Positions 1-9,930 of a DNA stretch of 64,000 nt are shown here, one piece after another (the stretch's first letter is position 1; every line of letters begins with the position of its first letter). Under the pieces are notes generated by a model. That model worked only from the letters and a program-made list of their open reading frames with translations, was not told the origin of the DNA and searched no databases. The position numbers were made by a program, and so were the translations under genes. The stretch is from an uncultured delta proteobacterium. GTDB lineage: Bacteria; Desulfobacterota; Binatia; Binatales; Binataceae. The stretch lies in assembly GCA_963842085.1 (NCBI GenBank), contig CAWJET010000001.1, positions 2,944,001 to 3,008,000 of the forward strand. Reading direction: 5' to 3'.

Positions 1-804
1 TTCGGCAAAGATCGCGATCAGATCGCGGATCGAGGTGCGTCCGGCCAGGTTGAGCGCTGGCACGCCGTCGAGGTGGCGCATGACTTCGGCGGCAAGTTTG
101 GTTTCGTCGGGACCGCCGAGCAACACGGGGAAAAGCGCGGGACTGCCGGCGTCCGGGCACATGACTCTGCGAATTACCGCGGCCGTCGATTCGGGAAAGT
201 AGATGCGGCTCGGCCACGACGAGCCAAGAATCACCGCCAGAAGAGGACGCGGCGCATCGCGCAGCATCTCGAGCGCGCGGGCGCGTTCATCGTCCGCCGC
301 GGCGAGCCCGAATTCGATCGGCGATCGCGCCAGGCCGAGCGCGTCGCCGAACGCCTGGTACTGCTCGAGCTTCAGGCGCATGTTTGGCTGTGGTGCGATC
401 CGATGATTCGAAAAAAGATAGTTGAACTCCTTGGTGTTCGGCGCGGCGAAGCCAAAACGATTGCGGGCGCCCGAGGCCAGCGACGTGAATCCGCTTTTGA
501 GATGACGCTGAAGATCCAGCACCAGGTCGAAGTGCCCTTTGCGAATCCGCCACAGAAACGGAAGGAACGTCCACGGCGCGTGCGCGCGCTCGTACACGAT
601 GATTTCATCGAGCCAGCGCTGGCGCTCGAGTACCGCCTTCGACTTGGGTTCCACCGCCCATGCGATGTGCGCGTCGGGCCACGCGCTGCGAATTCGCCCG
701 AGCAATGGCAACGCGCGAACCACGTCGCCGATCGCGCCCAGCAGCACGATCAACACTCGATGCGGCGGCGCGATTTGCGGGCCGATGGCTTCAGGAGAGG
801 ACAT
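1..804 (-). CDS. Glycosyltransferase family 9 (ADP-heptose:LPS heptosyltransferase-like), runs off the window edge
   Basis: Not in the ORF track. Manual translation from ATG 804: MSSPEAIGPQIAPPHRVLIVLLGAIGDVVRALPLLGRIRSAWPDAHIAWAVE...LNLAGRTSIRDLIAIFAE, with the GT9 'xxIGD' and 'LAGRTS' motifs. Confidence 0.85.
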   Translation of the reverse strand, partial: MSSPEAIGPQIAPPHRVLIVLLGAIGDVVRALPLLGRIRSAWPDAHIAWAVEPKSKAVLERQRWLDEIIVYERAHAPWTFLPFLWRIRKGHFDLVLDLQRHLKSGFTSLASGARNRFGFAAPNTKEFNYLFSNHRIAPQPNMRLKLEQYQAFGDALGLARSPIEFGLAAADDERARALEMLRDAPRPLLAVILGSSWPSRIYFPESTAAVIRRVMCPDAGSPALFPVLLGGPDETKLAAEVMRHLDGVPALNLAGRTSIRDLIAIFAE

Positions 805-947
805 CTTGCGACTGGTCGTGGCCGGCTTCAGCTCCAGTGCTCGATGATAACGACGCGCACCGGCGCCGCAAAGAGCGTCCGCGCAATTGTTCGCGGCCGC
901 GACGGCGTAACCGTAGCGGAGGCGTCAGGAAGACCTACGCCTCAATC

Positions 948-1062
948 GTCATCCTGACGACCCGAGCAACGCGAACGGCAAGCTGTCACCCTGACCGAAG
1001 GAAGCAACGCGACCGGAGGGTAGGGTCTCGGACAGCTTCGCGCCAGCGAAGCCGGTACCGGT
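948..1062 (+). repeat. Family A REP-like element (partial copy 948-975 plus full copy 984-1062)
   Basis: TGTCACCCTGACCGAAGGAAGCAACGCG...TCTCGGACAGCTTCGCGCCAGCGAAGCCGGTACCGGT; matches copies at 19288, 19421, 20544, 26801 (rc) and 61668. Confidence 0.85.
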
Positions 1063-1146
1063 CTCTTAGTCGCCGCTTCCGTCCTTCGATTCGGCGACGC
1101 TGGTACGAAAGACGTTTGCAATCGGCGGCGAGCAGGTGACCTGCCG

Positions 1147-2361
1147 CTAGCGGTCGCACTCTCCGCCGATCATGTTGATCATCCCGAAGGTCGTGATGAT
1201 GTCCGCGATCATGCGGCCGATGAGCATCTTGTTGAGCGCGCCCATGCCGAGAAAGCATGGCGGCCGCACCCGCACCCGATACGGCCGCCCGCTGCCGTCG
1301 CTCACGACGTAAAAGCCCAACTCGCCGTTGGCGCCCTCGACCGCCTGGTACACCTCGCCGGCGGGCACGTGGATGCCCTCCATGATCAGCTTGAAGTGGT
1401 TCATCAAGCCTTCGATCGAGTTGTACACCTTCTCTTTCGCAGGCAGCACGACTTTGGGATCGGTGATCGTGACTGGCCCTTCGGGCAGCGCCGCGAGCGC
1501 CTGCTCGATGATTCGCTTCGACTGGTACATCTCCTGGAAGCGCACGTTGAAGCGATCGTAGTTGTCACCGCGGTCGCCCGTCGGCACCTCGAACTCCATC
1601 CTGTCGTACACCAGGTACGGATGCGCCTTGCGAACGTCGTACGACACGCCCGACGCGCGCAGCAGCGGACCGGTCAGCCCGTATGAGATTGCCTGTTCCT
1701 TCGGGAAGCTCCCGACTCCTGCCATCCGGTCGATGAACACCCGGTTGCGCGACAGCAGCTTGTCGCAGTCGCTGAGCACCTGCTCGAGCCGCGCGAACGA
1801 CGCCTTCATCCGCTCCGCGAAGTCCGCGGGCAGGTCATGCGTCATGCCGCCGACGCGGCACCATGTCACAGTGAGCCGCGCTCCCGTCACCGCCTCGATC
1901 AGATCGTAGAGAAACTCGCGCGCTTCCAGCATGTAGAACGCAACCGTCGTCGCGCCGACCTCGCTTGCCGCCATCCCCAGGCACGTCAGGTGGTCGGCGA
2001 TGCGCGCGACTTCGCTCATGATCATCCGCACGTACTTGCATCGCTCGGTCGTGTCGATGCCGAGCAGGCGCTCGACCGCGAGCGCGAAGCCGACGTTGTT
2101 GATGCACGGCGACGCGTAATTCAGCCGGTCGGTGTACGGAAAGCATTGCGTCCAGGTCCCCTGCTCGCACATCTTTTCGAATCCGCGATGCAGGAAGCCG
2201 ACTTCGACGTCGCAATCGACGATCCGCTCGCCGTCGAGCTTGAGGTTGAACTTGATGGTGCCGTGCGACGCCGGATGCGACGGCCCCATCTGCAGTTCCA
2301 TAATCTCGTCGGACGCATCCGACGGTACGATTTTGTCCTTCCAGCGCGCCGGTAGTGCCAT
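1147..2361 (-). CDS. nuoD: NADH-quinone oxidoreductase subunit D
   Basis: MGPSHPASHG, GFLHRGFEK, YTDRLNY, C-terminal GGECDR; start trimmed to ATG 2361, downstream of nuoC. Confidence 0.95.
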   Translation of the reverse strand: MALPARWKDKIVPSDASDEIMELQMGPSHPASHGTIKFNLKLDGERIVDCDVEVGFLHRGFEKMCEQGTWTQCFPYTDRLNYASPCINNVGFALAVERLLGIDTTERCKYVRMIMSEVARIADHLTCLGMAASEVGATTVAFYMLEAREFLYDLIEAVTGARLTVTWCRVGGMTHDLPADFAERMKASFARLEQVLSDCDKLLSRNRVFIDRMAGVGSFPKEQAISYGLTGPLLRASGVSYDVRKAHPYLVYDRMEFEVPTGDRGDNYDRFNVRFQEMYQSKRIIEQALAALPEGPVTITDPKVVLPAKEKVYNSIEGLMNHFKLIMEGIHVPAGEVYQAVEGANGELGFYVVSDGSGRPYRVRVRPPCFLGMGALNKMLIGRMIADIITTFGMINMIGGECDR

Positions 2362-2383
2362 GGCTGGTATCGCGTCGTGTCCC

Positions 2384-2884
2384 TTAGCGCGAGGAGCGAA
2401 TCGGATGCACGACCGGGTCGATCTCCGCGACGATTGGTTGGCGTTTGTTGTAGAGGTAGTCCTTGCGCAGCGGATGACCCTCGAACGAATCGTACATGAG
2501 GATGCGCCGCAAATCGGGATGCCCCTTGAACACAATCCCGAACATGTCGAAGCATTCGCGCTCGAGCCAGTCCGCCGCGCCCCACAGTCCCACCACGCTG
2601 TGCACCCACGGCTCGGCGCCGTCCACGCCAATCTTGACGCGGAGGCGATGGCCGCGCGTGAGCGAGTTCAACTGATAGACGACGTCGAAGCGCGGCGTGC
2701 GCTCCAGCCAATCGACGGCCGTCAAATCGGTCAGAACATTGAATTCGAAGTCCGGTTCGTCGCGTAGCGCGCGAAAGAAATCTTGGGCGCCTTCGCGCTC
2801 GATGGTGACAGTTTCCTCGTCGCGCTCATTCTGCGCGCTGACAATTTCGCCGCCGAAGCGTGCTCTCAGTTTTTCTATCAGCAT
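2384..2884 (-). CDS. nuoC: NADH-quinone oxidoreductase subunit C
   Basis: ADWLERECFDMFGIVFKGHPDLRRILM..GHPLRKDY signature. Confidence 0.95.
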   Translation of the reverse strand: MLIEKLRARFGGEIVSAQNERDEETVTIEREGAQDFFRALRDEPDFEFNVLTDLTAVDWLERTPRFDVVYQLNSLTRGHRLRVKIGVDGAEPWVHSVVGLWGAADWLERECFDMFGIVFKGHPDLRRILMYDSFEGHPLRKDYLYNKRQPIVAEIDPVVHPIRSSR

Positions 2885-2893
2885 CGCTCGCCG

Positions 2894-3247
2894 CTAGTCC
2901 CAATCGAGCGCGCCGCGCTGCCATGCGTACAGCAGCCCGACGCAGAGAATCGCAATGAAGATGAACGCCTCGACGAAGCCGAACATTCCGAGGTACCGCA
3001 ACTCGACCGCCCACGGATACAGAAAAATCACCTCGACGTCGAACAGCAGAAACAGGATTGCGGTCAGGTAAAAGCGCACCGAGAACCGCCCCCACGCCGA
3101 GCCGCTCGGCGGGTTGCCGCATTCGAAGGCTTCGCTCTTGATCTCGCCGGGACGCTTCGGCCCAATCAGCATGTTGATCGTGCACATCACGCCCACGATC
3201 GCGCCGGCAACAATCAGCGTCACAGCCACCGGAAACCAGGTTGTCAT
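2894..3247 (-). CDS. nuoA: NADH-quinone oxidoreductase subunit A
   Basis: FECG loop, FYLTAILFLLFDVEVIFLYPWAV, C-terminal GALDW; GGAG RBS before ATG 3247. Confidence 0.95.
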   Translation of the reverse strand: MTTWFPVAVTLIVAGAIVGVMCTINMLIGPKRPGEIKSEAFECGNPPSGSAWGRFSVRFYLTAILFLLFDVEVIFLYPWAVELRYLGMFGFVEAFIFIAILCVGLLYAWQRGALDWD

Positions 3248-3339
3248 TCTCGCTCCACCCTGCAAGTGCTTCTTATCTTCATATGAATACCCGATGAGCG
3301 TGTCTTTTGGAACGGTCGCGATTTTCGCGTGCTGGTTTG

Positions 3340-3575
3340 GGGCTGAACTATTCAGCCTGACGCCGGCGGATTTGGCGTGCTATGCGTATGGTATGTGCGA
3401 CCATCACGATGTTCCATGCTCGATTGGGCTCGCCAGAAATCGGGCGACCCCCAGTCTCTGGCAGAAACAATTTTTGACGGAACGAAGCTAGCCTTGGTAT
3501 CGGAGCCGTCCCAAAACCACAACGGAGGGTATGAATTGCTCTTTCCGCCTGCATTCGATCGGTCAGAATCGCGCC
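3340..3575 (+). repeat. Family B dispersed ~230-bp element, copy 1
   Basis: TGAACTATTCAGCCTGAC...CGTGCTA...TTTTTGACGGAACGAA...CGTCCCAAAACCACAA...GGTATGAATTG; homologous to 20672-20910 and 46714-46950. Confidence 0.75.
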
Positions 3576-3881
3576 AACCGCTTGTCCGAAGTGCCTGCGA
3601 ATGCCTCCGGTTGCCCCTTCGGAGGATTAGTTCAACGCTTCGCTAGCCTGAATTGGCGGCGTTGAATAGCCCTGAACGATCGTTTAATTCCGGTCATGCG
3701 GTCACAAAATGGCGAAATTCTTCAGACAAATGCTGCAACTTCAGCCGCGGCCGTTTTTCGATTATTATTGCTATTGACCATTTCAAGCCGTCGGGCTAAT
3801 GACCAACGGTAGAGTGTTAAGGGATTGTTGCGGGACCTAATTCCAGACGCCGGCAGATATTTGCCGAAAGAAGGAGCGAAC

Positions 3882-5201
3882 ATGAATCGCGCAATCGGAT
3901 GGGGAAGATGGTGCCTCGGAACTCTCGGTGCGTTGCTGCTGGTGATGGCGATTTCCAACGCGCCGGCATCGGCTCAGGTAAAACCGGGTGATTTCATTAC
4001 CCCTGACAACGCTTCCACAGTGAAGGACCTCCTTTCCCCGGGACAGTACCTGCGAGTGCTCCACGGAATGACCATCAAGGTCGTGCCAACCGAGCGTATC
4101 GATTGGCCGCCCCCTTACAAGGATGCAACCGAGAAGTACTCGAGCCAGGTCCGGCTGACCCCCGACCATCGCAGCCTGGTTGGCTACGTCGCCGGCGAGC
4201 CGTTCCCAATCGTTGACACCAACGATCCCGACGCCGGCACCAAGGTGATGTGGAACGTGGCGTTCCGTCCGATCTCCAGCGACGAGTACGATCTGCGTTG
4301 GTTTGACTGCGACAGCGTGTACTGGGGCAAAAACGCGCCGTTCCGTGAAATCACCGACATCGAAATCGGCCACTACGCCGGCTACAACGAAGTCGGACGC
4401 ACCGAAGTCGATCCGCTGCCGATCGATCCCGACTTCAAAGTTACCGGCCGCTATTTTCTCGGGCTGCTCTACCCTGTGCTCGCGCCGCAGTCTGACCGTG
4501 GGACAGGAATAATCAAGTTCCGCTACGCCAATCCGAATGTCGACGACGCCGCCTGGACTTGGACGCCCGGCGCTCGCCGTGTCCGCCGCCTGAACTACGC
4601 TATTCTCGACACGGCCAGCGGACCGCAGGCCTACGACCCTAATCATTACGAAGGCTTCAGCGGCAAGAACGAGAACTACGACTGGAAGTTGCTCGGCGAG
4701 AAGACGATGCTCGGCGCAATCAACGTCGCAACCGTGCCCGACATTCGCTGTCCGACCGACGGCGGCGCCAGCCACTGCCCCGACAAGTGGCAGCTCCGTC
4801 ACGATTTCATCATCGAGGGTCGTCCGCGTCCCGGCCGCTTCAACTCGATCTATAGTCACGAAATCATGTACATCGATTCCGAAGCGGACTTCGTGATGTC
4901 CAACGACATGTACGATCGCGGCGGCGAGTTGTTCAACAACTACACGTCGTGGATGCACTATGCCGACCGCGCCGAGCCGGATGCCAGAATCGCGATCTAT
5001 CCGTTCAAGCGCGAGTTCCAGGTCGGTTCCTCGACCGTCAACGTGCAGAGCGGCTTCTCGAGCGTTTGCTATCATCCTTCGATGAATGCGCCGTCGCACG
5101 ACTCATGGTTTATCAACATGGGCTCGGTCGATCGCAGCTGGTTCACTTCCGAGCAAATGGCGCGCGCGGCCGAAGGCGGACACGCAATCTCGGGCGACTG
5201 A
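3882..5201 (+). CDS. DUF1329 domain-containing periplasmic protein
   Basis: Signal peptide; YVAGEPFP, AWTWTPGARRVRRL, YDWKLLGEK and DMYDRGGEL motifs typical of DUF1329; AAGGAG RBS before ATG 3882. Confidence 0.8.
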   Translation: MNRAIGWGRWCLGTLGALLLVMAISNAPASAQVKPGDFITPDNASTVKDLLSPGQYLRVLHGMTIKVVPTERIDWPPPYKDATEKYSSQVRLTPDHRSLVGYVAGEPFPIVDTNDPDAGTKVMWNVAFRPISSDEYDLRWFDCDSVYWGKNAPFREITDIEIGHYAGYNEVGRTEVDPLPIDPDFKVTGRYFLGLLYPVLAPQSDRGTGIIKFRYANPNVDDAAWTWTPGARRVRRLNYAILDTASGPQAYDPNHYEGFSGKNENYDWKLLGEKTMLGAINVATVPDIRCPTDGGASHCPDKWQLRHDFIIEGRPRPGRFNSIYSHEIMYIDSEADFVMSNDMYDRGGELFNNYTSWMHYADRAEPDARIAIYPFKREFQVGSSTVNVQSGFSSVCYHPSMNAPSHDSWFINMGSVDRSWFTSEQMARAAEGGHAISGD

Positions 5202-5228
5202 GCTTTCGCACGACTCAGCCACGAAATG

Positions 5229-5270
5229 AACCGGTGCGGCCAGCGATGGCCGCGCCGGTTTTCTTTTTTC
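5229..5270 (+). terminator. Rho-independent terminator after the DUF1329 gene
   Basis: AACCGGTGCGGCCA-gcga-TGGCCGCGCCGGTT stem followed by TTCTTTTTTC. Confidence 0.8.
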
Positions 5271-5324
5271 ACTTGCGCTCGTCGTATCGCGCCACCGCCG
5301 CAGCGCCGCTAGAATCCACCTTCG

Positions 5325-6377
5325 ATGGATGACGGTGCGTTCGCAACCTGGGCGGCGGAGGCGCTCGCGCGGCGATGGCCGCGCGCGCGCGTCGACAACA
5401 TCGCCGCTCTCCGCGGCGACCTCTCGACTCGGCGTTTCTGGCGCGTCGCTATCGCGCCGCATGGCGAACGCACCGCGCCGTCCTCTGCCATCCTCGTCGA
5501 TCTCGGCCCCGACGACCTGCCCCGCTACGTCCGCGCACTGAACTTTCTCCCGGCGCCTGTCACCGAGCCGCCGTGGATCAATGTGCATCGGTTTCTCGAG
5601 TCGATCGGCACTCCCGTTCCTGCGCTCTATGACGCCGACCCCGCGCGGCGCGCGATGCTGGTGGAAGACGTCGGCCAACTCTCGCTGCTCGACGCTGTCC
5701 GCCGTCCTGGCGCCGACGCCGCCGATCTGTTCCGGCTGGCCGCCACCGAACTGCTTCGCCTTCATGTCGACGGCACCGCTCGAATCGATCATCGATGCAT
5801 CGCGCGGCAGATTGCGTACACCGGCCGGCTGTTCGAATGGGAGCTCAAGGAGTTCGTGGAAGTCGGTCTTTCCGCCGTCGCACCAGGCGCCGACTTTTCT
5901 CCGATCGCGCCCGAGCTCGCGATGCTGGCCGCGCGACTCGATCGGTTCCCACGCGTGTTCTCGCATCGCGACTACCATCGCGAAAACCTGTTCATCCAGA
6001 ACGGCCGGCGCATTCGCATCATAGACTTCCAGGACGCCCTGATGGCGCCCGCGGCGCAGGACCTCGCCGTGCTCCTGACCACGCGCGACACGGGCGAGAT
6101 GATCTCGCCCGCCATCGAGCGCCGTATCCTCGACTTCTACTGCGCCGGCCTCGCGCGGCGCGGCGCGCCCGTGCTCGACGCCGCCGAATTCATGTCAAGC
6201 TATCGCCTGTGCGTTCTGCAACACGCGCTCAAAATGATCGGGCGCTTCGAAATGTTCGAGCGGAGCGGCAAGACCGGGTACCGTCCCTACATTCCGCACG
6301 TGCTCGCACAGGCGCGCCGGATGCTCGCCGAAATGCGCCCCGACTTTCCCAAACTGTGCTCTGCGCTGACGCCATGA
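5325..6377 (+). CDS. amgK: Anomeric MurNAc/GlcNAc kinase (APH/choline kinase family)
   Basis: LRGDLSTRRFWR, HRDYHRENL, IIDFQDAL; directly upstream of a murU-like nucleotidyltransferase. Confidence 0.75.
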   Translation: MDDGAFATWAAEALARRWPRARVDNIAALRGDLSTRRFWRVAIAPHGERTAPSSAILVDLGPDDLPRYVRALNFLPAPVTEPPWINVHRFLESIGTPVPALYDADPARRAMLVEDVGQLSLLDAVRRPGADAADLFRLAATELLRLHVDGTARIDHRCIARQIAYTGRLFEWELKEFVEVGLSAVAPGADFSPIAPELAMLAARLDRFPRVFSHRDYHRENLFIQNGRRIRIIDFQDALMAPAAQDLAVLLTTRDTGEMISPAIERRILDFYCAGLARRGAPVLDAAEFMSSYRLCVLQHALKMIGRFEMFERSGKTGYRPYIPHVLAQARRMLAEMRPDFPKLCSALTP

Positions 6378-7159
6378 AAGCATTGGTACTTGCAGCCGGG
6401 ATTGGTGAGCGGCTTCGGCCGCTGACCGACGCGACGCCCAAGCCGATGCTCGAGCTCGGCGGCCGGCCGCTGATCCATTATCCGCTCGCGATGCTAAAGC
6501 GGGGCGGCATCACTCAGGTTGCAATCAATGTCCATCACCTGGCTTCGGTCGTTGAGCGCGGACTCGGCGACGGGTCGCAGTTGGGACTGCGCATCACCTA
6601 TGCGCCCGAACCTGTCTTGCTCGGCACCGGCGGCCCGCTCAACGGCCTGCGCGATTTTCTGGCGAGCGAGGAAAACACATTCGTAATCGCCAACAGTGAC
6701 ACGATCCTCGATCTCGATCTGTCTGCGATGCTCGCGTTCCATCGCACGCACTCCGCCCTCGCGACCATCGCGCTGTTCCACCCCTCCAATCTCGACTACT
6801 ACAGCCGCCTGGAGATCGATTCCGGCCACAGACTCTGCCGGATGCGCCTGCTGGCCCGCCGCAACCCGCTCAAATACCACGACTATCCGGCGGACCTCGA
6901 CGACACCGTCGCGCGATCGCTCTCATCCTTCATGTACTGCGGCGTGATAGTCGCGGACGTCGCGGTGTTAGACCTGATTCCGCCGAAGCCGCCGTGGAGC
7001 CTGATGTCCGGCTTGTTTGCCCCGATGGTAGCGAGCGCACGGGCGGTGTTCGGCTACGTCCATAGCGGCTACTTCCGCACGATTGACGATCTGAAGAGCT
7101 ACACTGCCCTGAAATCCGAGTTCGCCTCGTCGCCACCACCGGGAATTCTCGCGTGTTGA
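6374..7159 (+). CDS. murU: MurNAc-1-P uridylyltransferase-like NDP-sugar pyrophosphorylase
   Basis: MKALVLAAGIGERLRPLTDATPKPML, LLGTGG; ATGA overlap with amgK. Confidence 0.7.
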   Translation: MKALVLAAGIGERLRPLTDATPKPMLELGGRPLIHYPLAMLKRGGITQVAINVHHLASVVERGLGDGSQLGLRITYAPEPVLLGTGGPLNGLRDFLASEENTFVIANSDTILDLDLSAMLAFHRTHSALATIALFHPSNLDYYSRLEIDSGHRLCRMRLLARRNPLKYHDYPADLDDTVARSLSSFMYCGVIVADVAVLDLIPPKPPWSLMSGLFAPMVASARAVFGYVHSGYFRTIDDLKSYTALKSEFASSPPPGILAC

Positions 7160-7162
7160 ACT

Positions 7163-7894
7163 TCACCAGCCGAGCGCCTCGCGTATCTCGGCGCCTGCCG
7201 CTCCGCAACTCGTGTCAACTGTGCGCGAGACTCCGAGACGCTTGATTCCGATGAGACCGCCTAGCAGAAACACCAGGTTGAGCGCGTTGATCATCCAGAA
7301 CACGATCATCGCGACCCAATACGCGGCCGCCAATCTGTCCCGCACCAGCATTGCCGCCAGATAGGCACCGAGCGGCGAACCCACCGCGCCCGACAGATGC
7401 AGCGCGATTCGCGCCCACCGCGGCTGCGCGAGGTAGCTGCCGTATTCCATCTTGAAGCGCGGCTCGCCATTCGCCAGGTACGCGTAATCGTACTCCACGC
7501 CCAAAGCGGTTCCTGTCACTACTTTGACGAGCGGCTGAAGCGCCGACACCCACACCGCCATGCCGGCGATCGCCGCGACGTTCGACGACGCGTAGGCGCC
7601 AAGCGCCAGGAGAAAGTCGCCCAGCCCGATCGCCGCTATCTCGAGCATCACTCCGGTCTGCGACTTGACGGTCTTTCGCGCGCGGCGCAGATGAAGCTTG
7701 CGGCTTACTCGCGTCACGTCCGCAGCGATCGCGCGACGATCCGCTGCCGACGCCGCGCGCGCCCGCGTCAACAGTCGCGCCCACGGACCGGCACGATATA
7801 CGCCGGTGTCAATCGCGCGCTCGATCTCGGCAATCTCGGCGCGCAACTCCCCCGCCTTCGCAACGGCGGAACTTGCCTGCGGGCTCTTCATCAC
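7163..7894 (-). CDS. Hypothetical membrane protein
   Basis: 243-aa ORF with about four hydrophobic segments; 4-nt overlap with the menA stop. Confidence 0.7.
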   Translation of the reverse strand: MMKSPQASSAVAKAGELRAEIAEIERAIDTGVYRAGPWARLLTRARAASAADRRAIAADVTRVSRKLHLRRARKTVKSQTGVMLEIAAIGLGDFLLALGAYASSNVAAIAGMAVWVSALQPLVKVVTGTALGVEYDYAYLANGEPRFKMEYGSYLAQPRWARIALHLSGAVGSPLGAYLAAMLVRDRLAAAYWVAMIVFWMINALNLVFLLGGLIGIKRLGVSRTVDTSCGAAGAEIREALGW

Positions 7895-8823
7895 CGCCCG
7901 GCAAACGCAGCAACCAAAAACGCCGCAATCATCAACAACCCAAACTCCATGTGGAGCTGGATCGACCGAAACAACCCAAGGTTGAGTTTCTTCGGCTCAT
8001 TCTCCCGCGTCATGATCCTGATCTGATCGAGCGCCCGCGGGATCGTGATAGCCACGACCAGCGCAATCCACGGAATCGCGTGCAACACAATCGCCGTGAT
8101 CGTAGCCGCGTAAGCCGCGACATCCAGCGCGATCAATTCATAGTTCGCACCCGCGCGCCCCAGCATCGTCGCCAGCGTCCGCTTGCCGTGACGCGTGTCG
8201 CTCTCGATATCGCGGATATTGTTGGCGTGCAGAATCCCCGCCACCAGGAAGCCCAGCGGTATCGACGTCCACAGCGCCGCCCGCGAGAAATGCATCGCCA
8301 TGACGAAGTAGGAGCCCATCACGATCGCCGGGCCCATGAAGATGAACACCGTCAACTCGCCCAGCGCCACGTAGGCCAGCGACACCGGACTGGCGGTGTA
8401 AAAGTATCCGGCCGCGACGCTCGGGATTCCGATCGCCAGAATCGGCCACCCGCACAGGTAAACGAGAACCAGGCCCATCACCGCTCCGATCGCAAACGCC
8501 GCGATTCCGCCGCGCCAGACCTGCTCGGCGCTCAGCAGGCCGCGCTGAATCACCATGCTCGGCCCGAGCGATTGCTCGCTGTCCGCGCCGCTGCGGAAAT
8601 CGTAGTAGTCGTTGATCAGATTGGTGCCGGCCTGGATCGCCATCGCACCAACCAGCGCCAGAATCATCCGCCCCAGCGAGAAAAATCCCGCCCGCGCCGC
8701 AACCGCGACGCCCAGCAGCACCGGAATCGCCGCGGCGCTCAGCGACGGCGCCCGAATCGCCTGCATCCACACCGCCAACGCTCCAGGCCGCGTGCCGCCA
8801 CCGTGAGCAATAGCTTCATCCAT
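7891..8823 (-). CDS. menA: 1,4-dihydroxy-2-naphthoate prenyltransferase (UbiA family)
   Basis: NLINDYYDFRSGAD, ANNIRDIESD..GKRTLA. Confidence 0.9.
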   Translation of the reverse strand: MDEAIAHGGGTRPGALAVWMQAIRAPSLSAAAIPVLLGVAVAARAGFFSLGRMILALVGAMAIQAGTNLINDYYDFRSGADSEQSLGPSMVIQRGLLSAEQVWRGGIAAFAIGAVMGLVLVYLCGWPILAIGIPSVAAGYFYTASPVSLAYVALGELTVFIFMGPAIVMGSYFVMAMHFSRAALWTSIPLGFLVAGILHANNIRDIESDTRHGKRTLATMLGRAGANYELIALDVAAYAATITAIVLHAIPWIALVVAITIPRALDQIRIMTRENEPKKLNLGLFRSIQLHMEFGLLMIAAFLVAAFAGR

Positions 8824-9009
8824 GATGGTCCTCTACCTGTCCGTGACCGCCCTCTTCGACGAACGTTATCCTGAGCGCATCGCAGGCTCAGAACAAACCC
8901 GATTGTTCCGTGCACCAACAACAAATGGGAAGAGGTCAGGTCTGCCCGGCGTCCACCTCGCCGCCGACGCTTGCACGCCGTCGTCCTCTCTGAACATTCT
9001 CGATCCTCG

Positions 9010-9930
9010 ATGGCCAGGCAAATCGGTCCCGTCAAAGCCCGCATCGAATACACGGGCATAACCGCTGTGACCGCGGCGTTGCGCGCGATGCCATTGGAAC
9101 GTGCGGTGCGTGCGGGCGCGCGGCTGGGAGGATGGGCGATGAATTTCGATCGTCCCAACCGGCCGATCGCGCTCAAGAACCTCGAAATCGCTTTTCCCGA
9201 GATGACCCCCGCGGCCCGCCTCAGCATTCTGCGCAAGATGTATCGCAGTTGGGGCCGCGTGCTGGCCGAATGGACCCACGTGCCCGAGCTCAGCCGCGCC
9301 AATGTCGAGCGGGTCGCCACCTACGAGGGCAAGGAAAATTGGGACGAGGCGGAGCGCCGCTCCAACGGCCGCGGCATATTGGTGCTGACCGCACACTTCG
9401 GAAACTTCGAGCTCCTGCCGATTGCCCACTCCATCTACGGCTACCGCCTCGCCATCGTGCATCGCGCGCTGCGCAATCCACTCGTCGACGCCGCGATCTG
9501 CGCCGAGCGCGTCCGCTACGGCAACCGCATCATCGAGCGCAAGGCCGGCGGGCGCGAGATCATGCGGATGCTGCGGCAGAACTGGATGATCGCGGTGGCG
9601 CTCGATCTCGACGTGCGCAAGGGCGTGTTCGTCGATTTCTTCGGGATGCCCGCCTCGACCAGCGACGGCGTTGCGCGGCTGTCGATCGCCACCGGTGCGC
9701 CGGTGATGCCGGCGTTCATGGTGCGCCAAGGCGACACGATTCATCACAAGATAACGATTCTGCCCGCCTTCTACCCCGAGAAGACCCGCAACCGCGAGGC
9801 CGCCGTGCGCGAGTACACGCAGCTCTACTCCAACACGATCGAGCAAATGATCCGCGAGCATCCCGATCACTGGAACTGGATCCACCGCCGCTGGAAAACC
9901 CGCCCCTCCGGCGAAGCCCGCTTTTACTAG
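9010..9930 (+). CDS. lpxL: Lipid A lauroyl/late acyltransferase (LpxL/HtrB family)
   Basis: LTAHFGNFE, VFVDFFG, HPDHWNWIHRRWK. Confidence 0.85.
   Translation: MARQIGPVKARIEYTGITAVTAALRAMPLERAVRAGARLGGWAMNFDRPNRPIALKNLEIAFPEMTPAARLSILRKMYRSWGRVLAEWTHVPELSRANVERVATYEGKENWDEAERRSNGRGILVLTAHFGNFELLPIAHSIYGYRLAIVHRALRNPLVDAAICAERVRYGNRIIERKAGGREIMRMLRQNWMIAVALDLDVRKGVFVDFFGMPASTSDGVARLSIATGAPVMPAFMVRQGDTIHHKITILPAFYPEKTRNREAAVREYTQLYSNTIEQMIREHPDHWNWIHRRWKTRPSGEARFY

Noticed and set aside
73-957. 294-aa + strand ORF
   Set aside because: Antisense shadow of the GT9 gene on the minus strand, which carries the real motifs
3837-5099. 420-aa minus-strand ORF
   Set aside because: Shadow of the DUF1329 gene; Arg/Val-rich with no motifs
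8865-8898. GTTATCCTGAGCGCATCGCAGGCTCAGAACAAAC, a possible decayed REP doublet
   Set aside because: Too short and degenerate to assign to family A with confidence
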